DNA of 64,000 bases. Origin: a virus. Lineage: Duplodnaviria; Caudoviricetes. Under the pieces are notes generated by a model. The model was not told where the DNA came from, did not search any database, and saw nothing but the letters and a program-made list of their open reading frames with translations. The position numbers were made by a program, and so were the translations under genes. The stretch covers positions 32,001 through 96,000 of IMG/VR virus record IMGVR_UViG_3300025924_000017. One strand, written 5' to 3'. Below, piece by piece: positions 8,647 through 18,128 of this stretch. How positions within the stretch are numbered: position 1 is the first letter of the stretch; the number at the start of each line of letters is the position of its first letter.

Positions 8647-9201
8647 ATGTTCGACCAACTGACCGTCGTGGCGGCGGTCGCCGCCAATCGCGAGGCGATC
8701 CTTGCGTGGGCTGCCAATCGTGGCTTCTCCGCCGGGGAAGAGCCCGAAGTCATTCTTGGCAACGTGGTGTCGGCGATCAGCAAGTCCGATGGCGACGAAG
8801 CGCGCGCGGCGCGGCTGATGGAGTTGGCCTTCCAGTGGAAGGTCGATGACAAGCTGCTCAGGCACTTCGAAGTCGTCAAGAAGAACATCCCCATTGCGCA
8901 TGCGATGCGCGTCCATCGCTGGGTGATCGAGACCGGTATCCGCTTCCCCGGAAGGATCGGCGATCTCATCACGTTCATGGCGAGCGACAACCACAATCGC
9001 AAGGCTCAGGTCGTCGGTCTCCTCGACCGTGACGCCAGTGCGGTCGTCAAAGGCGAAAGCGGCGCCAGCGGAATCGTTACCGCCGAAGACGTCATCGCCA
9101 ATCACACCCATCCGCTGTTGATGGTCAAAGGCCAGCCGCTTCTCGATCAGCGTCGCCCCACGTTCGGCCGCCGAGAGAGTTTGCCTGAGGAAACGTCGTG
9201 A
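8647..9201 (+). CDS. hypothetical protein
   Basis: ATG 8647 within the 8566..9201 ORF, downstream of TTGACA promoters. Confidence 0.65.
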   Translation: MFDQLTVVAAVAANREAILAWAANRGFSAGEEPEVILGNVVSAISKSDGDEARAARLMELAFQWKVDDKLLRHFEVVKKNIPIAHAMRVHRWVIETGIRFPGRIGDLITFMASDNHNRKAQVVGLLDRDASAVVKGESGASGIVTAEDVIANHTHPLLMVKGQPLLDQRRPTFGRRESLPEETS

Positions 9202-9700
9202 CACGGATCGTGGGAATCGACGGGCCTCAACGGCGCGCTCGCAATGGATCGACACTGAAGACTGGTCGCTGTCGATCTTCGATATGCCGCGCGAGCCGGG
9301 ACGCGGTGACAAGAACGCGGTTTCACCGACCGGCGTGGCACAACTGCTGAACCGGCTGTGTCCGGATTACGTCTTCGTCGAAGACGTCTGGTCGAGCCCG
9401 CAGATGGGCGTGACCTCGGCATTCAACTTCGGACGCTCGCTCGGCATCGTTCTCGGCGCCGCCGCAACGTCTGCAATTCTCACGCTGGTGAAGCCGACCG
9501 AATGGAAAGCGCGCACCGGCACGCCGAAGGACAAGAACCAAGCACGCCGTCGCGCACAGCAACTTTTCCCATGCGCATTCGAAGTCTTCAAGCGTGTGAA
9601 AGACGACGGCCGCGCCGAGGGTGCGATCCTCTGTTTCTACGGTCTGTTCCTCAATCGTATGACGCCGCCAAAACCGCTGACGCTGAAAGAACACCCGTAG
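9198..9700 (+). pseudogene. ruvC: RuvC-like Holliday junction resolvase, frameshifted near the 5' end (pseudogene or sequence error)
   Basis: VTRIVGID, then out-of-frame GLNGALA, then WIDTEDW...VEDVWSSPQMGVTSAFNFG...EWK...DDGRAEG; indels at ~9222 and ~9244 break the GIDPG motif. Confidence 0.75.
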
Positions 9701-10059
9701 TGCGCCCGCGTATCTTCAAGACGCCCGTTCCGCCCAAGACCACTTACCTCAAAACCAAACCAAAAGCCGACGACGATGACGACGAATTTCTTTTCATGCC
9801 CAATGCTGGACCGGCTTCGTGCATGGTCGTTTGCGAGGATCGTGAGACTTCACTCACACCCATTGGTCTTCTCGATCCATCTGGCGCTCCTCTCTACCGG
9901 GTGGTTGTGCCGCTGAGTTATTCCGCAGGTTTCGGCCGCTACAACGACGTCTATGACGGCGCGACCGAGATCGCTTTCATTACCACCGAAGGCGAGTGGC
10001 GTATGGGGCAGACCTTTGCGGGTCAAATCGACGATTACGACGAAGAGTACACCGAATGA
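9700..10059 (+). CDS. acidic hypothetical protein
   Basis: GTG 9700 overlaps upstream stop. Confidence 0.6.
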   Translation: MRPRIFKTPVPPKTTYLKTKPKADDDDDEFLFMPNAGPASCMVVCEDRETSLTPIGLLDPSGAPLYRVVVPLSYSAGFGRYNDVYDGATEIAFITTEGEWRMGQTFAGQIDDYDEEYTE

Positions 10060-10547
10060 CGACGATTGCGGTCAAAGATGGAATCATGGCGGCCGATAGC
10101 CGCTGCACCGACGATCTCGGCGCGTTTGCGACGCGCATGATCAAGGTCTTCCGGCTGGATTCCAAAGCGCTGCTGGGCTGCGCCGGTGACGCCGACTTCC
10201 GCGATGTCGTGACGCTCTTCAACAAGGCGTCCGCGAAAAAACTACCGACGCGCGCCGAACTCGCCGCGATCAAGACTGAATTCCAAGGGCTGCTGCTCTT
10301 TCCCAACGGCACGCTGTTCTTCATCGACATCACGCCCGGCGAAGGCTCCAGCAGTGAGTACAAAGGCTCGGTCGTCGAGTGCCGCGAGCGTTTCGCCGCT
10401 GTCGGCTCCGGGCAGCAGTTTGCGATGGGCGCAATGGCGGCAGGACGCGGCGCCAAACAGGCCATCGAGATCGCCTGCCGCTACGACATCCATTCCGGTC
10501 CGCCGGTCGTCGAATATCCCGTCAAACCCGTTTCCAAATCCAAGTAA
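10056..10547 (+). CDS. proteasome-beta/HslV-like Ntn-hydrolase
   Basis: MTTIA.KDGIMAADSR, GCAG, AVGSG..FAMGAM, A.EIA..YD..SG. Confidence 0.85.
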   Translation: MTTIAVKDGIMAADSRCTDDLGAFATRMIKVFRLDSKALLGCAGDADFRDVVTLFNKASAKKLPTRAELAAIKTEFQGLLLFPNGTLFFIDITPGEGSSSEYKGSVVECRERFAAVGSGQQFAMGAMAAGRGAKQAIEIACRYDIHSGPPVVEYPVKPVSKSK

Positions 10548-10553
10548 GACATC

Positions 10554-10739
10554 ATGAACATCAAAACACTCGGCAGCTTTGCCTCTTACGGTCTTTCCCT
10601 GATCGTTTTCGCACTCGTCACGCTCACCATCACCTGCGCGCTCGGCCCCAACTTCGGCGCGGCCTTCGCCGTGCTGGCTCTCTGCCACGTGATCGGCCTC
10701 TGGGCGGTGCGCATCAAGAAAAGCAGCGCGCCTTCATGA
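10554..10739 (+). CDS. small 2-TM membrane protein
   Basis: two hydrophobic segments. Confidence 0.65.
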   Translation: MNIKTLGSFASYGLSLIVFALVTLTITCALGPNFGAAFAVLALCHVIGLWAVRIKKSSAPS

Positions 10740-10909
10740 GGGGAATCGCACCCGCACTAATCGAAGCCGTTGCCATCTTCATTTTGTTCCTATGGCTGTT
10801 CACCGCCTGCGCGCTCGTTTTCAGCGCGTGGTGTGCACTACTGTTTGCGACGGTCGTCGGTGGTGCGTTCGGGTGGTGGCTTATCCGCATCTGGGCGACC
10901 TCGAAATAA
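10736..10909 (+). CDS. small 2-TM membrane protein
   Basis: ATGA coupling; hydrophobic. Confidence 0.6.
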   Translation: MRGIAPALIEAVAIFILFLWLFTACALVFSAWCALLFATVVGGAFGWWLIRIWATSK

Positions 10910-10912
10910 ATC

Positions 10913-11557
10913 ATGCCTGCACTCCAAAACGAACGTCACGAACTTTACTGCAAGCATCGCGCAAGAGGCTCGACGGCCAAGAAAGCCATCGTGCAGGCTG
11001 GCTGGCCTGTCGGCTCCAACGCGCATCTGGAGCTTGAGAAAGACCATGCGATTCAGGAACGCATTCGCGTCCTGACCGACGAATTCACGATTGCGCGCGA
11101 GCAGGCGCGTGTCGCTGCGATGAAAGCCGCCGAAACGGTCGGCATCATCACCGGCGTTTCCAAGGCATGGGTGATCCAGCAGCTTGCCCAGAACGCGATC
11201 AAGGCAGCGCAGGAAGGCGACTTCAAGGCGTCGAATGAAGCGACCAAATTGATCGGCGACGAATACGGCATGTTCAAGGGCGGATCGGCCGTCGAAGGCG
11301 ACGACAAGGAAGAGCCGCAGGTCGTCGATATGGCGCAGGTCGAAGGCTTGCTCAATGCCAGCGACGCGGTGGCCTCGAACGAACCGGCGCAAATCGAACA
11401 GCGTCCGGAGGTCAATCTCGAACTCTTGGAGCGCATGATCGGCAACCGCGCCAAGAACGCGGTCACCGCCAAGGATCGCGAACTCCCGCCAAACCCCGAA
11501 ACCGATGTCGCGATGAGCGATGCCGCCGAGATCGACGACGAGGACGAAGAACCATGA
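10913..11557 (+). CDS. terS: terminase small subunit
   Basis: MPALQNERHELYC N-terminal HTH typical of TerS; upstream of TerL. Confidence 0.75.
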   Translation: MPALQNERHELYCKHRARGSTAKKAIVQAGWPVGSNAHLELEKDHAIQERIRVLTDEFTIAREQARVAAMKAAETVGIITGVSKAWVIQQLAQNAIKAAQEGDFKASNEATKLIGDEYGMFKGGSAVEGDDKEEPQVVDMAQVEGLLNASDAVASNEPAQIEQRPEVNLELLERMIGNRAKNAVTAKDRELPPNPETDVAMSDAAEIDDEDEEP

Positions 11558-11679
11558 TGGCCGTAGCCCGCGCGCTTGCGTTCCTTTTCATCTTCAAGGT
11601 CGTCTGCCTTGGAGCGCTCGCCATCATCACCGGCTTCACCCTCGGTGTCTGGATTCGCCGCCGCTTCTTCCGCAGATGA
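11554..11679 (+). CDS. small membrane protein
   Basis: MMAVARALAFLFIFKVVCLGALAIITGFTLGVWIRRRFFRR; ATGA-coupled. Confidence 0.55.
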   Translation: MMAVARALAFLFIFKVVCLGALAIITGFTLGVWIRRRFFRR

Positions 11680-11792
11680 ACGCCGACCAGATCGTCAACG
11701 CTCTGGTCTTCGGCGCCGTCTTTCTCGTCATCCGGGTCGGCTACGTGCTCGCCGTTCTCCTCGCCTCGGTTCTGGCACGCTTCTACGACTGA
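11676..11792 (+). CDS. small membrane protein
   Basis: MNADQIVNALVFGAVFLVIRVGYVLAVLLASVLARFYD. Confidence 0.55.
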   Translation: MNADQIVNALVFGAVFLVIRVGYVLAVLLASVLARFYD

Positions 11793-11804
11793 TCAACAGC
11801 TTTC

Positions 11805-14540
11805 ATGGTATATCTCCTCGAAGACCGTGCGCGTGCGCGCACCACGGTCAGACGCCTCAACGCTCTCGCTCTTGAGACCAAGACCGCCGCCGCGCGCGGC
11901 ATCGTGCTGCCGACCGAGCGCGAGCAGGCGCTCATCGCGCTGACGAACACTTCCGACCGCTCCAACCAGATCGAAGCGCTGATCGCGATGAGCGAGCGCA
12001 TGCGCAAGGAGCATCTCGCCAAGCTGAAGCCGCTGGCGCGCGACGAGTTCAACGCCTTCTGCGAATACGTCAACCCGGAAGAGCCGCCGGAATCCAAATG
12101 GCACATCTTCCTGACCGGCGAACTGCAAGCCATCGAGACCTTGGGCGGCAACGGCCGCTTCGTCCTGAACTGCCCGCCCGGTCACGCCAAGCCGCTCGAT
12201 ATCGAGACCCCGATCCTGATGGGCGACGGGCGCTGGAAGCGTCTCGGCGACGTCGAAGTCGGCGACAGCGTCATGACCCACCAAAGCCGCCCGCGTAAAG
12301 TCACGGCCGTCCACGAGCAGGGCACGCTCGATACCCTGAAGATCACGACCCGGCAGGGCCGCGAGATCGTGACCGCGCCCGACCATTCGTTCCTGATGCG
12401 CGCCCAGCGCGGCGGCGTCTTGGGCGCCGAAGTCTTCCGCGACGCCAAGGGTCTCTACCCGGGCGACGTGTTGTCGTTTCCGAAGGTCAAGAACTGGGTG
12501 GACCGCTCCGGCAAGAGCCTCGCCGAGTTCGAGCTTGCCGCGCTGTTCGCCGCCCACGGCAGCCGGACCTACGCCAAGGATCGCACCAAGACGCGGACCT
12601 ACCTGAACGCGTTCCTCATCTGCAAGGATGAGACGCGCTCGGCGTCGATGCGCGCCACCTTGACCGCGCTCGGCATCCCACACAAGCACTGGCTGACGCA
12701 GACCGACAGCCTGCACTTCATCCGGATCGAGACCAAGTCGGCCGACGCGCTCGCCGCCGATTATGGACTGAACGATAACGTTCGGGTCCGGCGGGTTCCG
12801 GCGTTCGTGCACCGGGGCGGCGCCGCCGAAGTCCGCAAATACATCGAGACCTATGTCGATCACAAAGCCGAAGTGCTGGCGCGCTACAAGCTCCCGCGCA
12901 TCAAAATTTCGTTCCAGAGCGACAAGCTGGCGCGCGACTTCCAAGGCTTGCTCGCCCGGTTCGCGGTCCCGTCCACGCTCTCCTACAAGACCGGGCGCAC
13001 CGCGCTGGTGCTCACCCATGAGGAGCTTGCGCTCTACCTGCGCAGCTTCAACTATCGTGGCCCGCACCTCGACCGGCTGAACCGCAAGCTCGACAGCGCA
13101 CCGACGCCGCGCACCGTCCCGGGCGATCACGTACTCGCCATCGTCAAGCACAAACCGCGTCCCTGCCGCTGCCTCACCGTCGAGCAGGATCACACCTTCA
13201 TCGCCAACGGCGTGGTCGTCCACAATTCCACATACGCCAGCCGTCAATATATCGCATGGCGCCTCGGCCGCCGTCCGCGTGACAAGATCATCGGCGGCGG
13301 TCACAGCCAGCGCTTCGTCGAGAACGAGTTCTCCAAGAAGATTCGCGATCTGGTGCAGGGGCCGGAATATCAGGCGGTCTTCCCCGAGATCATCATCGAC
13401 AAGGACACCTCGGCGAAAGACCAGTGGGCCGTCATCACCGGCGGACAGTATGTCGCCAAAGGCGCCGGTCAGGCGGTCCACGGTTTCCGCGCCAACTTCA
13501 TCTGCGTGGACGATCCCTATCCCAAGATCGAACTCGCCGAGAGCCCGGTTGTGCGCGAGAAGGTGAAGACGTGGTTCTTCGGCGACCTTGGCACGCGTCT
13601 GCTACCGGGCGCGACCATCTTCGTGATCATGACGCGATTCCACGAAGACGACCTCACCGCGTCGATCATGGAAGCCAATAAGATTCTTGCTCCGGCGAGC
13701 CGCTATCGGATCGTTGAGGCGCCTGCGATCTGCTACGACCCTGAAAACGACGTGATTGGCCGCGACTTGGGTGAAGTTCTTTGGGACTTTTACTCGCTCG
13801 AATATCTCGCCGAAAAAAGAGACACACAAAGTTACCAAAGATTTAGTCTGATCTACCAGCAGGACGCCAACGCGACCGACGACTCCTCGATTGCGTCCAA
13901 ATTCAAGATTTACGATCAGGCGCCGCACGCCACACCGGAAGCGCTCAAGGATGCCGAGCGCAAGAACCAGCGCGACGCTGGCGGACGCGTCACGGTCAAC
14001 AAGCGCGACTATTACCGGCGCATCACCTTGAGCGTCGATACCGCGACCAAGGCGAACGAGCGCGCCAACTACTCGGTGTTGCAGGTCTGGGGCGAGACGG
14101 CCGACAAGAAGCATTACCTGTTGGATCAAGTGCGCGGAAAATGGGAACTGCCCGATCTGACGCGCCAGATCAACAAATTGGCCGCCAAACACGGTGTAGA
14201 TTCGATCATCGTCGAAGATAAGGGCAACGGCACCAGCTACATTCAGGAGCAGGGTAAGACCGACTTCCAAGCGCGCAAGGCTCCGGCGCCGGTGATCGCG
14301 ATCAAGGTCAATGCCAACCAGTCGAAGGAGTTCCGCTTCGAGGAGGTCAAGCCGATGATCGAGACCGGCGAGGTCTTCCTGCCGAAGCAGGCCGACTGGC
14401 TGCCACTCTTCATCCGGGAGGTGTCCCAGTTCCCGGATGGCGCCAACGACGACCAAGTGGACGCCATGACCCAGTACCTTCGCTGGGTGAAGACCAAGCG
14501 CCGCCGGGGTGGTACCAAAAAGGCGGTCGCGGGTGGCTGA
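11805..14540 (+). CDS. terL: terminase large subunit with intein
   Basis: Walker A PPGHAK|ST split by the intein, ICVDDP Walker B, FVIMTRFHEDDL, C-terminal nuclease (SVDTA..., NDDQVDAMTQ). Confidence 0.95.
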   Translation: MVYLLEDRARARTTVRRLNALALETKTAAARGIVLPTEREQALIALTNTSDRSNQIEALIAMSERMRKEHLAKLKPLARDEFNAFCEYVNPEEPPESKWHIFLTGELQAIETLGGNGRFVLNCPPGHAKPLDIETPILMGDGRWKRLGDVEVGDSVMTHQSRPRKVTAVHEQGTLDTLKITTRQGREIVTAPDHSFLMRAQRGGVLGAEVFRDAKGLYPGDVLSFPKVKNWVDRSGKSLAEFELAALFAAHGSRTYAKDRTKTRTYLNAFLICKDETRSASMRATLTALGIPHKHWLTQTDSLHFIRIETKSADALAADYGLNDNVRVRRVPAFVHRGGAAEVRKYIETYVDHKAEVLARYKLPRIKISFQSDKLARDFQGLLARFAVPSTLSYKTGRTALVLTHEELALYLRSFNYRGPHLDRLNRKLDSAPTPRTVPGDHVLAIVKHKPRPCRCLTVEQDHTFIANGVVVHNSTYASRQYIAWRLGRRPRDKIIGGGHSQRFVENEFSKKIRDLVQGPEYQAVFPEIIIDKDTSAKDQWAVITGGQYVAKGAGQAVHGFRANFICVDDPYPKIELAESPVVREKVKTWFFGDLGTRLLPGATIFVIMTRFHEDDLTASIMEANKILAPASRYRIVEAPAICYDPENDVIGRDLGEVLWDFYSLEYLAEKRDTQSYQRFSLIYQQDANATDDSSIASKFKIYDQAPHATPEALKDAERKNQRDAGGRVTVNKRDYYRRITLSVDTATKANERANYSVLQVWGETADKKHYLLDQVRGKWELPDLTRQINKLAAKHGVDSIIVEDKGNGTSYIQEQGKTDFQARKAPAPVIAIKVNANQSKEFRFEEVKPMIETGEVFLPKQADWLPLFIREVSQFPDGANDDQVDAMTQYLRWVKTKRRRGGTKKAVAGG
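12192..13226 (+). mobile_element. 345-aa intein with degenerate LAGLIDADG domain (class-3-like)
   Basis: starts PLDIETPILMGDGRWKRLGDVEVGD, block B IVTAPDHSF, ends PCRCLTVEQDHTFIANGVVVHN followed by Ser+1. Confidence 0.92.
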
Positions 14541-15176
14541 CCCAAGCACGCGGGCGTTTACCAACGCCGCGAATAGGTTAACGGGTGGGACTTTTGAGAT
14601 TGCGTCTCACTACGCGTTAACCAATGACGCGACTAGGTTAACGAGGCCCATCCGGGCCGTTTACCAAGGCGCGATCTGGGTTAATGCCGCCGCCCAGCCG
14701 AAGGCGGCGAGCGCGATGGTGGCGACGGCGAGGAGCGGGGCGAGTTCGAGCAGCCGGATGGTCATGACGCGATCTCTACCGCGCCTGTCCGCGTTCGTCA
14801 ACAGACTGCCGCGATCTGCGGCACCCGGGCACCACCGCGTCGCGATCCCGGACACCCATGTCATAGATCAGCGATTTCGTGACACATCGCCGAAATGCGC
14901 AACAAAAACAAGGCACTCTGCCATTCCTATGGCTGTGGCCCAAAAGTCATCCCGCAGTGCAGCATCAAGATGTTGTAGTTCCTGACAGTCTGTCAGCACA
15001 GGCCGACCGTCACGACACTCCTTGACAAAATCCTAGACCTGTGACCCGGCGATGTCACCTTTCCGGGCTTTCGTGACCTCGAAATGTCCGGATTTGGCCG
15101 GGAAATGTCCGGATTCGGCCCAAAATCCCCGTTTTCCGCCTCAAAATCCGGGCAAATCGTGTCCGGATACGTCCGG

Positions 15177-15392
15177 ATACCGTGCGCGAGCGCATTGTCC
15201 GGCTGGTCCTACCGCGCGCGAGATCGATCTCTACCGCGCGCAGGCGCATTTGGGCGCCCGGGCCTACCGTGCGCGCCTTCGTTGTCCGGCTGGCCCTACC
15301 GCGCGCAGAATCGTTCTCTACCGTGCGCGCTCGCGTTCTGTGGCGCGTCCTATCGTGCGCGATCTCATTGTCCGGCGCGCCCTACCGCGCGC
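15177..15392 (+). repeat. phased CTACCGYGCGC array (8 copies)
   Basis: starts 15177, 15209, 15231, 15264, 15296, 15318, 15350, 15382. Confidence 0.85.
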
Positions 15393-15564
15393 TGGCGCAT
15401 TAACCGGCGCGGGCACAACCTTAACGGCCGTTAACCTTTCGAGGTCATTGGTTAACGCCCGCCCGCCAGCCCGCTTGCGTTAACCAATTGCCGTCATTGG
15501 TTAACGGCCCTTCAGCGCCCGGCGTTAACCAATTGCCAGCATTGGTTACCGGCCCCGGCGGCGG

Positions 15565-15882
15565 TCACAGACGGCGCACCGCGCCGTCCGCCCCGATCTC
15601 GAACCGGGTCGAAACCTTGGTGCGCTCGAAGAAAGTCCGCTGCCCAGCCAGAATCTCGGCATCCGTGCCGTGATCGACGTCGCCGGGGGCCGGGTCTATG
15701 ACGATATCGCGCCACGGGACCGGCTTGTCATTGTTCACCTTGCGGACTTCGCGCTTCACCGCCGCGCAGATGGCGCGCCAGCGCAGCCCGGGCGCGCAGC
15801 GGAACAGGGCCACGATAGGCCAGTCCGGAACGTTACCCGACAAGACCAGCAGATAGCGTTCCTTGGTCATTTGGCCTCCCAT
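15565..15882 (-). CDS. hypothetical protein
   Basis: last gene of a - strand unit ending at the palindrome cluster. Confidence 0.65.
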   Translation of the reverse strand: MGGQMTKERYLLVLSGNVPDWPIVALFRCAPGLRWRAICAAVKREVRKVNNDKPVPWRDIVIDPAPGDVDHGTDAEILAGQRTFFERTKVSTRFEIGADGAVRRL

Positions 15883-16055
15883 GTCGTGCAGGTTTCACCC
15901 TCCAGCGGTCCCACCGCCATGCGTTCGCGGTTGCCATAGCGCAGCGAGTAGGGCAGGCGTTCCGCAGGCCACGTACAGAGACCCAGCGCCTCCGCCGGGT
16001 CATCGTCCGGCGCGAAGTCCGGGTCGAACCATTTGCAGGTCCCGCAGGTCTTCAT
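15867..16055 (-). CDS. small Cys-rich protein (CGTCKWF...GLC)
   Basis: typical phage CxxC-W-F motif; coupled. Confidence 0.7.
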   Translation of the reverse strand: MKTCGTCKWFDPDFAPDDDPAEALGLCTWPAERLPYSLRYGNRERMAVGPLEGETCTTWEAK

Positions 16056-16354
16056 GCCGTCACCGCCGCGCGTACGATCTCCAGATTACGCCCGGCGCGC
16101 TCGCAGGCGTCGGCGAGTTCCAGCGCCTTGACGCGGTCGCCCGCATCCCGGGCCGCCAGCGCGCGGCCTCCGAAGTCGCGCACCTGCCGGGTGAACGTGT
16201 CCAAGAGGAACGTTGCCAGCGGGTCGCGACTCCTGATCTCGACCGCCCGCTTATGCAGCGCGCGGCCGTGTTCCTCGGCTTGCGCCGCGAAGGCGTTTTC
16301 GACCGATGCCCGCAGGCGTGTGCCGAGGGTGCCTGTCATGCGCACGCGGGCCAC
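16052..16354 (-). CDS. hypothetical protein
   Basis: ATGA coupling with downstream ORF. Confidence 0.55.
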   Translation of the reverse strand: MARVRMTGTLGTRLRASVENAFAAQAEEHGRALHKRAVEIRSRDPLATFLLDTFTRQVRDFGGRALAARDAGDRVKALELADACERAGRNLEIVRAAVTA

Positions 16355-16572
16355 GCAGCGATGCGAGCCTCCTGCCGGGCCATCCGCGCGGCAGCACCCA
16401 CCACAAGCGCGGCGAGCGCGCCGGTCGGCGTGTGTCCGTTGCGGCGCAAACGTGCCACCGTGTTCAATAGCCCGGCGGTAGACCCGCGCGGGGTCTCGAC
16501 CGGCGCGTAATGGATCAGGCAGGCGTCTGCCGCCCCGTAGCGTGTGATGCTATCGCGTTTCCAGCGGGTCAT
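16336..16572 (-). CDS. hypothetical protein
   Basis: ATG 16572 just after upstream stop. Confidence 0.45.
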   Translation of the reverse strand: MTRWKRDSITRYGAADACLIHYAPVETPRGSTAGLLNTVARLRRNGHTPTGALAALVVGAAARMARQEARIAAWPACA

Positions 16573-16576
16573 GCGA

Positions 16577-16969
16577 TCACTGCCCCGGCGCGAGATAGAA
16601 CCGAATCCACTGCGCCACGACCGGGCCATTACCCTTGAAGCCGTCCTCGGACGCTTCCGCCACCCGGGCGATTTCGTCCCATGACTGGTCCGCGCCATCG
16701 GTCGCGAACTGAGCCGCCGCCTCGTGCACGTAATTCGACCCGTAACCGGTCAGCGGGTTTGCCAGAAACGCTCCGCAATTTTCGCAGTGCTGGGGCGTAT
16801 CCGCCTCACCGCCTCCGTAGGAGTAGGGGCCTTTTGGGAACGCATCCGACTCATAGGTGACTTCGTCCGCGATGTTGGCGGGCGCTTTGCCCTCGGCGGT
16901 CAGATCACGCCGGATGGCATTGCCGCAATCTTCACAGTAGAGCGCGGCCCGGTAGACAAAAGCTTTCAT
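16577..16969 (-). CDS. hypothetical protein (YCEDC...FPKGPY..GGGEADTPQHCENC...NPLT)
   Basis: ATG is part of the CGGAGTCGCAAATG leader. Confidence 0.85.
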   Translation of the reverse strand: MKAFVYRAALYCEDCGNAIRRDLTAEGKAPANIADEVTYESDAFPKGPYSYGGGEADTPQHCENCGAFLANPLTGYGSNYVHEAAAQFATDGADQSWDEIARVAEASEDGFKGNGPVVAQWIRFYLAPGQ

Positions 16970-17091
16970 TTGCGACTCCGTTGGTTCTTGATTGTGCGCC
17001 CTTGTAGCATGGAATTATTTTGTCTGTCAAGGGTTGACAGTTCAGATTTCGCCGTGCTAGAACAGCGTCACAACGAAAAACGGAGTCGCGA
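16970..17091. promoter_or_regulatory. divergent sigma70 promoter pair
   Basis: ttattttgtctgtcaagggTTGACA; -10 GCTAGAAC (+) and GCTACAAG (-). Confidence 0.85.
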
Positions 17092-17301
17092 ATGAAACGG
17101 AAAGGTGTAACGGGTTTGAAACTGTGGCGCGCCCGCGTCCAGAAAGTCTACGCCTCGCTGGCCGAACTGCGGGCCTATGACGAGACGTTCGAGATCGTGA
17201 AGCGCTGCGGCTATCGCAACGCGGAATCGCTGTGGAACGCCAACCCCCTATTGCAGGGTTCGACCCACCCGGCGGATTTTGGAGTCGCAAATGCACACTG
17301 A
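17092..17301 (+). CDS. hypothetical protein
   Basis: leader-preceded ATG. Confidence 0.8.
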   Translation: MKRKGVTGLKLWRARVQKVYASLAELRAYDETFEIVKRCGYRNAESLWNANPLLQGSTHPADFGVANAH

Positions 17302-17491
17302 CGAATTCTGCAAGACCTTGGACGCCTTGGATCGCGCGGACGCGATCAAGGCCATTCACGCCGCTTTCCTCCAACTGAGCGCGATGGGCGTGCAGGTCGA
17401 AGTCAACGGCACGACCTATGACAATGAGCCCGCCATCTCGCGGCTGAAAGCCTGCATGGTCTCCGCCGGTCACATCGGGTTCACGTCATGA
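17291..17491 (+). CDS. hypothetical protein
   Basis: leader GGAGTCGCAAATG embedded in the 3' end of the upstream gene. Confidence 0.75.
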   Translation: MHTDEFCKTLDALDRADAIKAIHAAFLQLSAMGVQVEVNGTTYDNEPAISRLKACMVSAGHIGFTS

Positions 17492-17790
17492 CGGCGCGCC
17501 GGGGCACACGCTCGATCCTGCCGAACAGCAACAGCGCCATCCTCGCGCCGATGGCTTACGGGCTACAAGTCCGCTGGCACGAAGAACTGGACTCGCATGT
17601 GCTCTACCACGGCGAGCAGCGCGTGGCGGGCCATCACAACGGCTTTTCCTGCCACGAACTCGCCAAGCGCATCCTGTCCGGCAATGCCGAACGCGCGACG
17701 GCGCAATTCGACTACATCACCGCGTGTGGCGGTCAGCATTACATCACACACGAAGCCTTCGCAACCATCCTCACAGGAGTCACACACTGA
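17488..17790 (+). CDS. hypothetical protein
   Basis: ATGA coupling. Confidence 0.7.
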   Translation: MTARRGTRSILPNSNSAILAPMAYGLQVRWHEELDSHVLYHGEQRVAGHHNGFSCHELAKRILSGNAERATAQFDYITACGGQHYITHEAFATILTGVTH

Positions 17791-17791
17791 C

Positions 17792-17917
17792 ATGCATACC
17801 CGGCACCACGGCCACGGCCATCACGGTGGCGCGGGCTTCGCGCTCCTCGCCTTCATCCCCGGCTATCGGTTTTTCCTGATGCTGATGGCCTTGATCGTGA
17901 TGTGCGGCGGGACGTGA
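17792..17917 (+). CDS. His-rich single-TM microprotein (paralogue 1)
   Basis: MHTRHHGHGHHGGAGFALLAFIPGYRFFLMLMALIVMCGGT. Confidence 0.75.
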   Translation: MHTRHHGHGHHGGAGFALLAFIPGYRFFLMLMALIVMCGGT

Positions 17918-18128
17918 TCCCACCGCCGTCCGGCACTTGCGTTAACTGTTCGCGGCGATTGGTAAACGCGGGCGAACCGCCGGGCTCAGTCCTCCGGGTA
18001 TGTGGTGGCGCGCGCCGCCTTGTCCCACGAGTAGACATGGAACGCGCGATCAGTTGGGAGAATGAGCCTCATCAACTGGTAAGAGGCCTCAAGATCAATC
18101 GCGCGGGCCAATGCTTCGTATAGGGCTT

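Noticed and set aside
11793-13481. 562-aa minus-strand ORF and other long antisense ORFs (13602..14564, 34492..35877, 36802..38439, 23446..24768, 50986..52161)
   Set aside because: These are shadows of GC3-biased sense genes (TerL, portal etc.) with no motifs or RBS.
15052-15483. Arg-rich ORFs across the CTACC repeat tract
   Set aside because: They are translations of repetitive non-coding DNA with low-complexity products.
15479-15505. The palindrome itself as a canonical CtrA full site
   Set aside because: Its TTAA-TTAA distance is 17 bp, not 7. Only half-sites and the single site at 30360 fit.
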